Made by a program: the position numbers and the translations under genes | Shown here: one piece after another, positions 1 through 10,730 of the stretch | Layout of the letters: each line of letters begins with the position of its first letter | How positions within the stretch are numbered: position 1 is the first letter of the stretch | DNA from: an uncultured Eubacteriales bacterium | GTDB lineage: Bacteria; Actinomycetota; Coriobacteriia; Coriobacteriales; Eggerthellaceae | DNA length: 64,000 bases | NCBI GenBank assembly: GCA_963653545.1 | Contig: CAVJWZ010000001.1 | Location: 4,759-68,758 of the forward strand | Reading direction: 5' to 3' | The notes under the pieces: generated by a model | Databases searched by the model: none | Told to the model about the DNA's origin: nothing | What the model saw: only the letters and a program-made list of their open reading frames with translations

Positions 1-33
1 ATGAAAGCAACAATGGTGCAATTGAAGGAAACG

Positions 34-999
34 ATGCACATGAGTGATTCTCATACTGAAGAAAAATTAACTTCTACTATAACGGAAGCAAATGGGCATC
101 CTGGCCCTGATGTGGTAATTATTACGGGGATGAGCGGTGCTGGTCGAACTGAAGCAATGCATACCTTTGAAGATTTGGGCTATTTTTGTATTGATAACCT
201 TCCACCATCGCTCATTATGAATATGGTAAGTTTGGCAAGTCTACCGGGGCAAAATGATTTTGCACGAAAACTTGCCATTGTTTGCGATGCCCGCAACCGC
301 GAGTATTTTAAGCAGCTGGTAGGCGAGTTACATAATCTAAAAACTGCTGATGTTACCTATAAAATTATCTTTCTTGATGCAAAGGATGATTCGTTGATTG
401 CGCGCTATAAAGCATCACGACGACGCCATCCTCTTTGTGTTAATAATTCATTTACTATTGCTCAAGCTATCGAACATGAGCGCAACTTAACGCACGAGCT
501 CAAAGAAATTGCCGATTCATACATCGATACAACGTATATGACTCCACGGATGCTTCGTGAAGAATTGCGTGCGCTCTATTCAAAGGAAACCGATAAAGAG
601 GGCATGAATGTTGTGGTATATTCCTTTGGTTTTAAGCACGGCGCTCCTACCGATGCTGATATCGTAATAGATGTACGTTTTTTACCAAACCCTTTCTATA
701 TTCCTGAGTTACGCGGGCTAACGGGTCTTGATGCTCCTGTGCGTGATTATGTTCTCAATAACAATGAAACTAAAAAATTTCTTTCGGCGTGGGAAAATTT
801 GCTTACTTGCGTAATGCCTGGTTATGTTGCTGAGGGTAAACAGCATCTTGCTATTGGGGTGGGGTGTACGGGAGGGCAACATCGAAGCGTTGCTCTGGCT
901 GAAAAAACAGCAGAACTTCTCAAGGAGCAACACTATAACGTCAACGTTGCACACCGCGATATTGCTTTGGCTGATACGTCAAAGGTGGCAACAAAATGA
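34..999 (+). CDS. rapZ: RNase adapter RapZ / P-loop nucleotide-binding protein (YvcJ family)
   Basis: TGMSGAGRT, GYFCIDNLP, RRRHPL, SFGFKHG, DVRFLPNP and GCTGGQHRSV motifs; first gene of the rapZ-yvcK-whiA triad. Start 34 chosen from the AAGGA upstream (ORF is open from 1). Confidence 0.93.
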   Translation: MHMSDSHTEEKLTSTITEANGHPGPDVVIITGMSGAGRTEAMHTFEDLGYFCIDNLPPSLIMNMVSLASLPGQNDFARKLAIVCDARNREYFKQLVGELHNLKTADVTYKIIFLDAKDDSLIARYKASRRRHPLCVNNSFTIAQAIEHERNLTHELKEIADSYIDTTYMTPRMLREELRALYSKETDKEGMNVVVYSFGFKHGAPTDADIVIDVRFLPNPFYIPELRGLTGLDAPVRDYVLNNNETKKFLSAWENLLTCVMPGYVAEGKQHLAIGVGCTGGQHRSVALAEKTAELLKEQHYNVNVAHRDIALADTSKVATK

Positions 1000-2126
1000 C
1001 AAGTCGTCCCTTTTCGCATAATCCAGCTTTAACGGAGCGATTTCAGGCGGTATCGGTTGATGTAAGCAAAGATCATATTAACTATAGCTCACTAAAAGCT
1101 GTCGTAATTGGGGGTGGAACGGGGGCTCCCGTTTCTATTCGTACGCTTTTGAAGATGGGCGTTAACACTTCTGCTGTTGTGGCTATGGCAGACGATGGGG
1201 GCTCTACCGGTATTCTTCGAGAAGAAGCCCATGTAACCCCACCGGGTGATATCCGCAAATGCTTGGCTGCTTTTGCTAAAAATCCCAACGATCCTCTCAC
1301 TAAGGCGTTTAAATATCGCTTTGAGTTTGCGCGCAATCATACGCTGGGAAATTTAATGCTTTCTGCGCTCGAAAATGCAACCGGATCATTCCCGGAGGCA
1401 ATTAAAATTTGCGGAAAGCTCCTTGACGCGCGAGGGCATGTGTATCCTTCAACGCTCAATAACATTACCTTATGTGCAAAAACTAAAGATGGGGTATTGC
1501 TCAAAGGACAGGCAAATGCCTGTAAATCGCCTACCGCTTTAGATGTTGTATGGCTTGAGTCGCCTGAGGAGTGCATGCCTTACATGGAGGCTCTTCGCGC
1601 CATCCGCGATGCTGATTTAATTGTTTTAGGTCCTGGTTCACTGTTTACTTCTATCATTCCTAACTTATTAGTTCCAGGAATTATCGATGCCATTTCTCAA
1701 TCACAAGGAAAAACGCTTTTTGTTTGCAGCTTGGCAGATCAACAAGGTGAGACATGGGGGCTAAGTGCCCTTGAGCATGTTCAGGCGTTACTCAAGCATG
1801 GTATGGCGGGAATTTTGGATTACGTTCTTATTCATTCGGCTTCAAAACCATCGTCTACCCGTTTAATGACTGGCTCGTTTGAGGCGGTTGCTGGGCAGGG
1901 TGCCCTTGATACACGCTATTGCGAAGAGCGTAAGGGAACTCCATTAAAATCAAAGATTCAAAGTGTGAAGGTAACGCAAGAAGATCTTGAAAAATTACGG
2001 CAGCTTGGAATCGTTGTCTTACTGCGTGATATGGTTGATCCACTTCGTCCAACATGGCATGACCCCGAAGCGCTTGCGCAGGCTTTTGCGGGGGTGTTTA
2101 AGCTTTGTCTTTCACGACCGAAGTAA
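996..2126 (+). CDS. yvcK: YvcK/CuvA-family (CofD-like) UDP-GlcNAc-binding gluconeogenesis factor
   Basis: IGGGTG, ADDGGSTG, PPGDIR, HTLGNL and LGPGSLFTSIIPNLLV motifs; ATGA overlap with rapZ. Confidence 0.92.
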   Translation: MTSRPFSHNPALTERFQAVSVDVSKDHINYSSLKAVVIGGGTGAPVSIRTLLKMGVNTSAVVAMADDGGSTGILREEAHVTPPGDIRKCLAAFAKNPNDPLTKAFKYRFEFARNHTLGNLMLSALENATGSFPEAIKICGKLLDARGHVYPSTLNNITLCAKTKDGVLLKGQANACKSPTALDVVWLESPEECMPYMEALRAIRDADLIVLGPGSLFTSIIPNLLVPGIIDAISQSQGKTLFVCSLADQQGETWGLSALEHVQALLKHGMAGILDYVLIHSASKPSSTRLMTGSFEAVAGQGALDTRYCEERKGTPLKSKIQSVKVTQEDLEKLRQLGIVVLLRDMVDPLRPTWHDPEALAQAFAGVFKLCLSRPK

Positions 2127-3043
2127 AAGAAGAGCTTTCACGCGTTGAGCCGGTTTGCTCGCATTGTATAAGTGCAACGCTTGCTGCTCTTATACGTATC
2201 GAAGGCACGCTACTTTTGAGCGGAAAAGGTCAATATCGTCTTGAGGTTGCTACTGATGCTTCTGTTGTTGCGCGATTTGTTATTAAGGCATTGCATGAGA
2301 TATTCGGTCTAAAAACCGATCTTACCATGCGTAGAAGCGTTCTCCATAAAACGCCAAATTGGCTCATTGAAGTGCCGAGCCAAAAGGGTCTTAATGCGGC
2401 GTTGCGCATCTTGGGGGTTCTTGATAAGGATGGTCATTTGGAGCGTGGCATCAGCAAAGATCTGGTAAAAAAACGCTGTTGTGCAGCGGCATATTTACGG
2501 GGAGTTTTTTTAGGAAGTGGATTTATTGCAAATCCAAAAGGAGATTTCCATTTTGAAATAGGTGTGGAATCAAAAACAATGACCGATGATGTTCTTGAGC
2601 TGATGGCTTTAGCAGGCATTCCCGCTAAAGTTACCGAACGAAGAAATTCATTTACTATTTATCTTAAAAGCGGGTCTGCTATCTCTTCCTTTTTGGCGTT
2701 TGTGGGAGCGCATCAGTGCGCGCTAAAAATGGAAAATGAGCGTGTTTTAAAAAGTGTTCGCAACGATGTTAATCGTAGGGTAAATGCAGAAATCGCCAAT
2801 CAAGCAAAAACAGCACAGGCATCAATTGGCCAAATTCAAACCATTCGTTCTGTTTTAGAGCATCATGATATTAAGACGCTGCCCCATGCTTTGCAGGAAT
2901 ATATTCGTTTGCGGGTACGATATCCCGATGCCTCTTTAAAGGAGCTAGGCGAGATGGCTAATCCGCCTTTATCAAAATCGGCGATTTATCATAGAGTGCG
3001 CAGGCTAGAACAAATGGAAAAAGAGTTATCTCGTACAAACTAA
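2105..3043 (+). CDS. whiA: DNA-binding protein WhiA
   Basis: MSFTTEVKEEL N-terminus, AYLRGVFL LAGLIDADG-like segment, NRRVNAEIAN and a C-terminal HTH (SLKELG...SKSAIYHRVRR). Confidence 0.95.
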   Translation: MSFTTEVKEELSRVEPVCSHCISATLAALIRIEGTLLLSGKGQYRLEVATDASVVARFVIKALHEIFGLKTDLTMRRSVLHKTPNWLIEVPSQKGLNAALRILGVLDKDGHLERGISKDLVKKRCCAAAYLRGVFLGSGFIANPKGDFHFEIGVESKTMTDDVLELMALAGIPAKVTERRNSFTIYLKSGSAISSFLAFVGAHQCALKMENERVLKSVRNDVNRRVNAEIANQAKTAQASIGQIQTIRSVLEHHDIKTLPHALQEYIRLRVRYPDASLKELGEMANPPLSKSAIYHRVRRLEQMEKELSRTN

Positions 3044-3130
3044 GAAGGCTTGTTTTAGAGTAGTGGTATCATATTTAAAGGTATGACGTCGTGCGTTTTT
3101 TGTGCGCGATACATTGATAAACTTTTATGA

Positions 3131-4144
<1,014 letters not shown>

Positions 4145-4181
4145 ATAAAGAGTGCTAGGTTTTTAAGTTGTTTACGCGTAC

Positions 4182-4214
4182 AAAGGGAGCGTCTCGTTTG
4201 AGGGCTCCCTTTTT
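4182..4214 (+). terminator. Intrinsic terminator / stabilising hairpin between gap and pgk
   Basis: AAAGGGAGC...GCTCCCTTT stem followed by a T run. Confidence 0.7.
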
Positions 4215-4232
4215 ATTACGGAAGGGTTATAT

Positions 4233-5417
4233 ATGAGTTCGATTAAAACGTACACCGATGCCGATGTTTCAGGTAAACGCGTATTAGTTCGTGTTGATTT
4301 TAATGTCCCGCTTGACGGAGATACTGTAACCGATGATACTCGCATTAAAGCTGCGCTACCTACTATTGAATACCTCATTGATAAGGGCGCCAAAATTATT
4401 CTTTGTAGCCATCTTGGACGTCCTGATGGCACGGGATATCAAAAGGAATTTTCCTTAAAACCAGTGGCTGAATATTTATCAAGCGTAGTAAACGTGCCTG
4501 TTCATTTTGCCGAAGATACTATTGGGGATAAAGCTCATGCTGCAGTTGATGCTTTGTCAAATGGCGAGATTGTGTTACTTGAAAACCTTCGTTTTGATAA
4601 GAGGGAAAAGAAAAACGATTCGGAATTTGCCAAAGAACTGGCTTCACTGGCAGACCTTTATATCAATGATGCCTTCGGTGCGGCGCATCGTGCTCACGCC
4701 TCAACAGCAGGGGTTGCCGCCTTTCTTCCTGCGTATGCAGGCGCTTTGATGGCAAAAGAGGTTAGCACGCTAACGTCTATGCTTGATAACCCTAAGCGCC
4801 CCTTTGTTGCTATTTTGGGCGGCTCAAAGGTATCCGATAAGGTTTCTGTTATCGATGCTCTCATCGATAAGTGCGACACACTCATCATTGGTGGAGGAAT
4901 GTGTTTTACCTTTTTAGTTGCACAAGGTTATAGCGTGGGAACATCTCTGATGGAAAAAGACTGGGTAGAGCGCGCTTCTCAGATGCTTGAAAAGGCTGAA
5001 AAGGCGGGTGTTTCTATCCTGCTGCCTGCGGATGTAGTGTGCGCTGATGCTTTTTCTAATGATGCGAAAACGCTCACCTGCTCAGTTTCTGAAATTCCCG
5101 ATGATATGATGGGCTTAGATATTGGGCCAAAAACGCTTGATTTTTATTCTCATGCCATTGCAGGCGCTAAAACGGTATTTTGGAATGGCCCCATGGGTGT
5201 TTTTGAAATGTCATCTTTTGAAGCGGGTACCAAAGGCGTTGCAGAAGCGGTGGCAGCTAATAAGGTAGCAGATACTATCATCGGTGGCGGCGATAGCGTA
5301 GCTGCGGTAAATAAGTTTAATCTTGGAAGCCAAATGACGTTTATTTCTACAGGCGGCGGTGCTTCTATGGAACTTGTTCAGGGAGAGGCTCTTCCGGGAG
5401 TTGAAGCTCTTAAATAG
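4233..5417 (+). CDS. pgk: Phosphoglycerate kinase
   Basis: RVDFNVP, SHLGRP, LLENLRF, NDAFGAAHRAHAS, WNGPMGVFE and STGGGAS motifs. Confidence 0.98.
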   Translation: MSSIKTYTDADVSGKRVLVRVDFNVPLDGDTVTDDTRIKAALPTIEYLIDKGAKIILCSHLGRPDGTGYQKEFSLKPVAEYLSSVVNVPVHFAEDTIGDKAHAAVDALSNGEIVLLENLRFDKREKKNDSEFAKELASLADLYINDAFGAAHRAHASTAGVAAFLPAYAGALMAKEVSTLTSMLDNPKRPFVAILGGSKVSDKVSVIDALIDKCDTLIIGGGMCFTFLVAQGYSVGTSLMEKDWVERASQMLEKAEKAGVSILLPADVVCADAFSNDAKTLTCSVSEIPDDMMGLDIGPKTLDFYSHAIAGAKTVFWNGPMGVFEMSSFEAGTKGVAEAVAANKVADTIIGGGDSVAAVNKFNLGSQMTFISTGGGASMELVQGEALPGVEALK

Positions 5418-5427
5418 GGAGGTTGTT

Positions 5428-6201
5428 ATGCGCAAATATATGATAGCTGGCAATTGGAAGATGAATAAAACGCTTCCAGAAGCGGTTGCTCTATCTCAGC
5501 AATTATGCAATTTGTATAACCGAAATTGGGCAGATGTGGATGTTGTTCTGTGTCCGCCTTCAATTGATTTAAAGGCGGTTTATACCGTTTTGGATTTTGA
5601 TAAAACCGAGATTTCCCTTGGTGCCCAAAACGTTCATTGGGAGCCTTCAGGCGCTTTTACGGGTGAAATTTCTATTCCTATGATTAAAGAAGTTGGTTGC
5701 GAATATTGTATCGTTGGTCATTCGGAGCGCCGCGAAATGTTTGCAGAAACCGATGAAGCTGTAAATCGTAAGGTTAAAGCGCTTGTTGCCTCTTCGGTGG
5801 CGCCTATTATTTGCGTGGGCGAATCGCTTCATTTGCGTGATGCGGGAGAATATACAGAGTTTGTATGCGCTCAGGTTAAAGCTGCGCTTGCAGGGCTTGA
5901 TGAGCTTGAAATGAAGCAGATTATTTTTGCCTATGAGCCTATTTGGGCAATTGGCACAGGCAGAACAGCAACGCCAGAGCAGGCACAAGAAGTTTGCGCT
6001 TCTATTCGTCAAACAATCGCTGGGCTTTTCACGCCTGAAATTGCCGAGAATACGCGCGTTTTATACGGTGGCTCTATGAATCCTGGAAACGTTGATTCTC
6101 TTCTAGCTCAAAACGATATTGATGGTGGGTTAATTGGTGGTGCGGCTTTGAAAGCTGATACCTTTAAGCAGCTTATTGAAGCTGCGCATATCGCTCAGTA
6201 A
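5428..6201 (+). CDS. tpiA: Triosephosphate isomerase
   Basis: AGNWKMN, GHSERR, AYEPIWAIGTG and YGGS motifs. Start 5428 follows a GGGAGG RBS. Confidence 0.97.
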   Translation: MRKYMIAGNWKMNKTLPEAVALSQQLCNLYNRNWADVDVVLCPPSIDLKAVYTVLDFDKTEISLGAQNVHWEPSGAFTGEISIPMIKEVGCEYCIVGHSERREMFAETDEAVNRKVKALVASSVAPIICVGESLHLRDAGEYTEFVCAQVKAALAGLDELEMKQIIFAYEPIWAIGTGRTATPEQAQEVCASIRQTIAGLFTPEIAENTRVLYGGSMNPGNVDSLLAQNDIDGGLIGGAALKADTFKQLIEAAHIAQ

Positions 6202-6251
6202 ATAATGCGTCTTATCTAGCCTTATCTATGCAATTAAAAAAGGAACTATAT

Positions 6252-7805
6252 ATGAGTGTTTCTCAATCAGATCTTACCCTGCCTGCGGCGTTGATAATTA
6301 TGGATGGCTTTGGTCTTGCTAGTGCAGGGTCTCGTAATGCCATCAGTTTAGCGAATACTCCCTGTTTGGATGAAGTGTTTGCCACCTGCTCAAAAACAAC
6401 CCTTGATGCTTCGGGGAACCCTGTTGGCTTGCCTGAAGGACAAATGGGCAACTCGGAAGTGGGGCATTTAAATATTGGTGCGGGTCGCATCGTATTTCAA
6501 GAATTAACACGCATAGACAATGCTTGTGCTAATAAGTCGCTTTATGAAAATGAAGTGCTTGTTGATGTATGCAAGTATGTTCGTGAACATAACTCAACGC
6601 TTCATCTGATGGGTTTGGTAAGTGATGGGGGTGTTCACTCAAACAACGAACATTTATACACCCTCTTAGATATGGCGTGTGAGCTGGGTGTTTCTTCAAT
6701 TCGTGTTCATTGTTTTATGGATGGGCGCGATGTTCCTCCTCGCAGCGGTAAAAAATATCTTGCTGAATTGGAGAACAAAATAAGCCAGTTGCCTTCTGGT
6801 ATAGATTGCCAAATTGGTGTTGTTTCGGGGCGCTATTATGCGATGGATCGCGATAACCGATGGGAACGTATCAAGTGCGCTTGGGATGCAATTTGGCTTG
6901 GGCAAGGCGCTTGTAATCTTTCGGTTCAAGACATGATGACTGCCTCTTATAATCAAGATATCACCGATGAGTTTATTGAGCCTGTTTGCTTTTCATATGA
7001 AGGCGTCAAGCAAAACGATGCCTTCATATTTTTTAATTTTCGCCCTGATAGAGCCCGTGAAATTTCTCGTGCAATATGTGACGAAGCTTTTGATAAATTT
7101 GAGCGCAAAAATTGGCAAAAACCACGGTTTGTTTGTCTTACTGAATATGACCCTACTATTCCCGCTGACATTGCCTTTCCAAAAGAATGCCCCGAGCATG
7201 TTTTGGCTGACGTTCTTGCCGAGAGCGGCTTAAAGCAATATCACATTGCGGAAACTGAAAAATATGCTCATGTTACCTTCTTTTTAAATGGGGGAGTAGA
7301 AGAGCCAAAAACAAACGAAACGAGGGTCTTGATTCCTTCTCCTAAAGTTGCCACGTATGATCTTCAGCCTGAAATGAGCGAACCAGAAGTTGCTCAAACA
7401 TTGCATGATGCCATTTTGGCAGATGAAGCTGATGTTTATATTGTTAACTTTGCTAATTGCGATATGGTTGGTCATACGGGTATTGTTGATGCGGCAAAAT
7501 CAGCAGTAGAGGCTGTTGATGCTGGTGTTGCAAGCGTACTTGAAGCTTTGAAAACAAAAGGAGGAGTTGCGCTTCTTACAGCCGATCATGGTAATGCCGA
7601 TTGTATGATCGCCGAAGATGGCTCTCCGTTTACAGCACACACTACCGCTCCGGTGCCCCTTGTTCTTATTAATTATGCAGGGAAACATTACACGCTCAAA
7701 GATAAGCGTGGCTCGCTTTCTAATATTTCTCCAACATTTCTTGAAATGATTGGAATAGAGGTTCCTCAAGAAATGACTGCAGAATCTCTCCTTGTCAAAG
7801 AATAA
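6252..7805 (+). CDS. gpmI: 2,3-bisphosphoglycerate-independent phosphoglycerate mutase
   Basis: GQMGNSEVGH, SDGGVHS, GRYYAMDRD, NFRPDRAR, ETEKYAHVT, DMVGHTG and TADHGN motifs. Start 6252 follows AAGGA. Confidence 0.97.
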   Translation: MSVSQSDLTLPAALIIMDGFGLASAGSRNAISLANTPCLDEVFATCSKTTLDASGNPVGLPEGQMGNSEVGHLNIGAGRIVFQELTRIDNACANKSLYENEVLVDVCKYVREHNSTLHLMGLVSDGGVHSNNEHLYTLLDMACELGVSSIRVHCFMDGRDVPPRSGKKYLAELENKISQLPSGIDCQIGVVSGRYYAMDRDNRWERIKCAWDAIWLGQGACNLSVQDMMTASYNQDITDEFIEPVCFSYEGVKQNDAFIFFNFRPDRAREISRAICDEAFDKFERKNWQKPRFVCLTEYDPTIPADIAFPKECPEHVLADVLAESGLKQYHIAETEKYAHVTFFLNGGVEEPKTNETRVLIPSPKVATYDLQPEMSEPEVAQTLHDAILADEADVYIVNFANCDMVGHTGIVDAAKSAVEAVDAGVASVLEALKTKGGVALLTADHGNADCMIAEDGSPFTAHTTAPVPLVLINYAGKHYTLKDKRGSLSNISPTFLEMIGIEVPQEMTAESLLVKE

Positions 7806-7859
7806 GAACTTTGGCATAATGATGTGTTTGTACGGCAATATATGCGTTAGGAAGAAACT

Positions 7860-8114
7860 TTGTCTGTTGTAGCTATCATATTTTGTGTCCTTTTGGTTAT
7901 TTCTGGGGTTGGTCTTGTTATCTTTATCCTCATGCACTCTGGTAAAGGTACTGGTGTCTCAGATATGATTGCAAGTTCTATGTATAACAACCAACAAGGT
8001 ATGAGTATTGTTGAGAAAAACCTTACAAGAATCACTATTATTCTTGCAGCAGTGTTTTTGGTTTCTTTGATTGTTCTTATGATTGTTTATCCTCAAGGCA
8101 CTATTGCCTCTTAG
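7860..8114 (+). CDS. secG: Preprotein translocase subunit SecG
   Basis: Two TM helices flanking LMHSGKGTG...EKNLTRIT; usual position after the glycolytic cluster. Confidence 0.9.
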   Translation: MSVVAIIFCVLLVISGVGLVIFILMHSGKGTGVSDMIASSMYNNQQGMSIVEKNLTRITIILAAVFLVSLIVLMIVYPQGTIAS

Positions 8115-8120
8115 GACACA

Positions 8121-8148
8121 TTGACGAGCGTCATTAATCTGTTAGACT
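8121..8148 (+). promoter_or_regulatory. Sigma-70-type promoter of tRNA-Val
   Basis: TTGACG-16 nt-TAGACT with a TG extended -10 element. Confidence 0.6.
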
Positions 8149-8182
8149 TACCAATCGCTGAATATTTCAGTTTCAGTATTAA

Positions 8183-8257
8183 GGGCGGTTAGCTCAGCGG
8201 GAGAGCACTACCTCGACACGGTAGGGGTCACTGGTTCGATCCCAGTACCGCCCACCA
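8183..8257 (+). tRNA. tRNA-Val(GAC)
   Basis: Full cloverleaf: GGGCGGT/ACCGCCC acceptor stem, CTACC-TCGACAC-GGTAG anticodon arm, TTCGATC T loop and encoded CCA. Confidence 0.93.
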
Positions 8258-8264
8258 TAAAATT

Positions 8265-8296
8265 AGGTCAGGATCTTGATGGTTCTGACCTTTTTT
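8265..8296 (+). terminator. Intrinsic terminator after tRNA-Val
   Basis: AGGTCAGGATC...GGTTCTGACCT stem followed by a T run. Confidence 0.8.
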
Positions 8297-8330
8297 AATA
8301 AGACAATTCTTATGTTTTAAGGTTAGCGGT

Positions 8331-9287
8331 ATGAATATGAATATTTCTTTACAGCAATTGCGTTTTGTTGTTGAAGTTGTTGAGTGTGGTTCAATTAATG
8401 CTGCAAGTCAAAATCTCTATATTTCCCAACCAACGTTGTCTTCTTCTATAAAAGATGTTGAAAGAGAGTTAGGGATTGAGATATTTAATCGTACCAATCG
8501 GGGTATTACCCTCACGAGTGCTGGTACGGAATTTGTTGGGTATGCTCGCCAGATCTTAGAACAGGTCAATTTGCTAGAATCTCGCTATTTTTCTTCGTTT
8601 CATACGAGAACAGGAAGACTTTCGGTCTCATCGCAGCACTATGCTTTTAGCGTTAAAGCTTTTGTGGAACTAGCTGAAGAATGCGACGAAGAAGAATATG
8701 AATTTGCCCTTCGTGAAACGCGTACCAATGAGATTATTGAAGATGTTAAAAGCTATCGCAGCGAGATCGGCATTTTGTATTTGAGCAATTTTAATCGTAA
8801 AGTTTTAACTAAAATTTTTGCCGATGCCGATTTGGCGTTTGTGCCTCTTTTTGAAGCAAAACCTCATATCTTTGTTGGCGCTCATCATCCCTTAAGTGCT
8901 TGTAAAAGCGTAACTCCCGATGATTTGCAAGACTTCCCCCGTTATTCATTTGAACAGGGAAGCAATAATTCTTTTTTCTATTCTGAAGAACCTTTAGGGC
9001 AATTGCCCCATCGGCAAGAAATCACCTATTCAGACCGTGGCACATTAACCAATCTTTTAACCAATCATAATGGTTTTACCATATCTACCGGCGTGTTATC
9101 TGATGAGATGAATGAGGGAATTGTGGCAATTCCTTTAGATGTTGATGAAACTATGACTGTTGGATATATAAGTCATGCACATCTTGAATTGAGCGATCTT
9201 GCACAGCGCTACATTAAAAAACTCAGACAGGTTATTAGTGCTAATCCTACGGTAACAACCTATTTTGAGGCGGAATCAGAAAAATAA
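8331..9287 (+). CDS. LysR-family transcriptional regulator
   Basis: N-terminal LysR HTH (GSINAASQNLYISQPTLSSSIKDVERELG..IFNRTNRGITLT) plus a substrate-binding domain. Confidence 0.93.
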   Translation: MNMNISLQQLRFVVEVVECGSINAASQNLYISQPTLSSSIKDVERELGIEIFNRTNRGITLTSAGTEFVGYARQILEQVNLLESRYFSSFHTRTGRLSVSSQHYAFSVKAFVELAEECDEEEYEFALRETRTNEIIEDVKSYRSEIGILYLSNFNRKVLTKIFADADLAFVPLFEAKPHIFVGAHHPLSACKSVTPDDLQDFPRYSFEQGSNNSFFYSEEPLGQLPHRQEITYSDRGTLTNLLTNHNGFTISTGVLSDEMNEGIVAIPLDVDETMTVGYISHAHLELSDLAQRYIKKLRQVISANPTVTTYFEAESEK

Positions 9288-9331
9288 AAACTTTGAATAA
9301 GCCAATTACAAAAGCTGTAAACCGTTTCATG

Positions 9332-10234
9332 CTAATGAAGCCCGTCATCAGGCTCAACGTGAACAAGGATATCTTTGGCTTGAGGAAAGGCTTCATTGAT
9401 GCGAATTTCTATATCATCTGATAGTTGATGCGATTCAAGCACGGTCATATTAGGGTCAACAAGTACATGTAAATCAACATACACTTCATCTTTAGTGCCT
9501 CTTGAGCGAATCATATGAGGCTTTTTTACGCCAGATATACCTAAAACAATTGCGCGAATATCTTCTTCTGGAATACGCGATTTATCTGATAGCGTTTGAA
9601 GCCCTGCTCTAAATACATCAACGGCGGTAAGCAAGATTGCCACCATAACAACAAGCGCCATAAGGGCATCTGCTGCAGCAAAGCCTAGCTGCATCAAAAC
9701 AAGCCCTATAATTACTCCCGTTGAAACCAAAGCATCAGAGAGTGTGTGCTTTGAATCGGCGACTAAGATTTCGCTGTTGAGGTTTTTACCGCAGGCGCTT
9801 TCGTAGCGTGAAACCGAAATGTTGATTATAAGCGTTGCAACCATAACAACAAACGATAGGGGTGTAACGGTTGCATTGAATTCGTTGTTTATAAGAGAAA
9901 TAATTGCACTCGATCCAACCTCGGCAGCAGCCAAGAGCAATAAAATGCCAATGATGAGGCTTGCGTACGTTTCAAATTTAAAGTGCCCATAGGGATGATC
10001 ATGATCTGCGGGTTTGGTTGCAAGAGAGATACCGATAAGTCCAACCACGTTGCCCGCTAAATCAAATACCGAATGTATGCCATCGGCTTGCATGGCTGTT
10101 GAGCCTGAAATTATGCCATAAATATATTTTGCCAATGCCACGCCAAGGTTTAAAAAAAGGACAATCCACAAAACGCGCTTGACCTGTATAATCCGCTTGC
10201 TTTCGATTCTTTTTGCTGCACGCATATTTACCAC
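9332..10234 (-). CDS. Cation diffusion facilitator (FieF/MntE-like) metal exporter
   Basis: ADGIHSVFD, PADHDHPYGH.KFE, HTLSD and C-terminal VHVEP motifs; multiple TM segments. Confidence 0.93.
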   Translation of the reverse strand: MVNMRAAKRIESKRIIQVKRVLWIVLFLNLGVALAKYIYGIISGSTAMQADGIHSVFDLAGNVVGLIGISLATKPADHDHPYGHFKFETYASLIIGILLLLAAAEVGSSAIISLINNEFNATVTPLSFVVMVATLIINISVSRYESACGKNLNSEILVADSKHTLSDALVSTGVIIGLVLMQLGFAAADALMALVVMVAILLTAVDVFRAGLQTLSDKSRIPEEDIRAIVLGISGVKKPHMIRSRGTKDEVYVDLHVLVDPNMTVLESHQLSDDIEIRINEAFPQAKDILVHVEPDDGLH

Positions 10235-10410
10235 CCCTTTCTTAATTGTTGTTTGAGTTATAACTCTATATGTCAGCTTGGTTTAGGTGATCAAGACGCG
10301 TGAGCCTTAATTCGATCGCTACCAGTTTGCCTGCAACTCCTTTCAACTCGCTTTTTGTCTATAACCTCCAAGATTGTTTAACCCTTATAGCCCGCTTTTT
10401 GCCCTGATAT

Positions 10411-10437
10411 AAGAAAAGAGCCCCTATAAGGACTCTT
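10411..10437 (-). terminator. Intrinsic terminator after tRNA-Leu
   Basis: Minus-strand AAGAGTCC-TTATAG-GGGCTCTT-TTCTT. Confidence 0.65.
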
Positions 10438-10447
10438 GAAATCTACT

Positions 10448-10537
10448 TGGTGTCGGAGGCGGGATTTGAACCCGCACGCCCGGTAAAGTGGGCACTAGCA
10501 CCTCAAGCTAGCGTGTCTGCCGTTCCACCACTCCGAC
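10448..10537 (-). tRNA. tRNA-Leu(GAG)
   Basis: The reverse complement folds as a class II tRNA: GTCGGAG/CTCCGAC acceptor, CTAGC-TTGAGGT-GCTAG anticodon arm, long variable arm and CCA. Confidence 0.95.
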
Positions 10538-10556
10538 GCGCGTTGCAGCATTGACT

Positions 10557-10642
10557 ATATTAACAAAAGCATCGATGGTTGCAAGCCTTTTTTAAAAAAA
10601 TCTTTGATTAACCCTTGCGTCATTTAATTATACCCGTATAAT
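10557..10642. promoter_or_regulatory. Divergent sigma-70-type tRNA promoters
   Basis: Minus strand: TTGCAA(10584-10579)-16-TAATAT with TG. Plus strand: TTGCGT(10615)-16-TATAAT(10637-10642). Confidence 0.6.
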
Positions 10643-10654
10643 AATTGCTTGCGT

Positions 10655-10730
10655 GCGGACGTGGCTCAGTTGGTAGAGCATAACCTTGCCAAGGTTGGGG
10701 TCGCGGGTTCGAATCCCGTCGTCCGCTCCA
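10655..10730 (+). tRNA. tRNA-Gly(GCC), copy 1
   Basis: Cloverleaf with TAACC-TTGCCAA-GGTTG anticodon arm and a TCCA end. Confidence 0.96.

Noticed and set aside
127..150. RapZ Walker A with Arg instead of Lys (GMSGAGRT)
   Set aside because: This variant is familiar in actinobacterial RapZ and is not evidence of inactivation.
10235..10410. Possible NiCo or c-di-GMP-I riboswitch upstream of the CDF gene (GCAGGCAAAC on the minus strand)
   Set aside because: The other conserved segments and stems could not be found; a covariance-model search would be needed.
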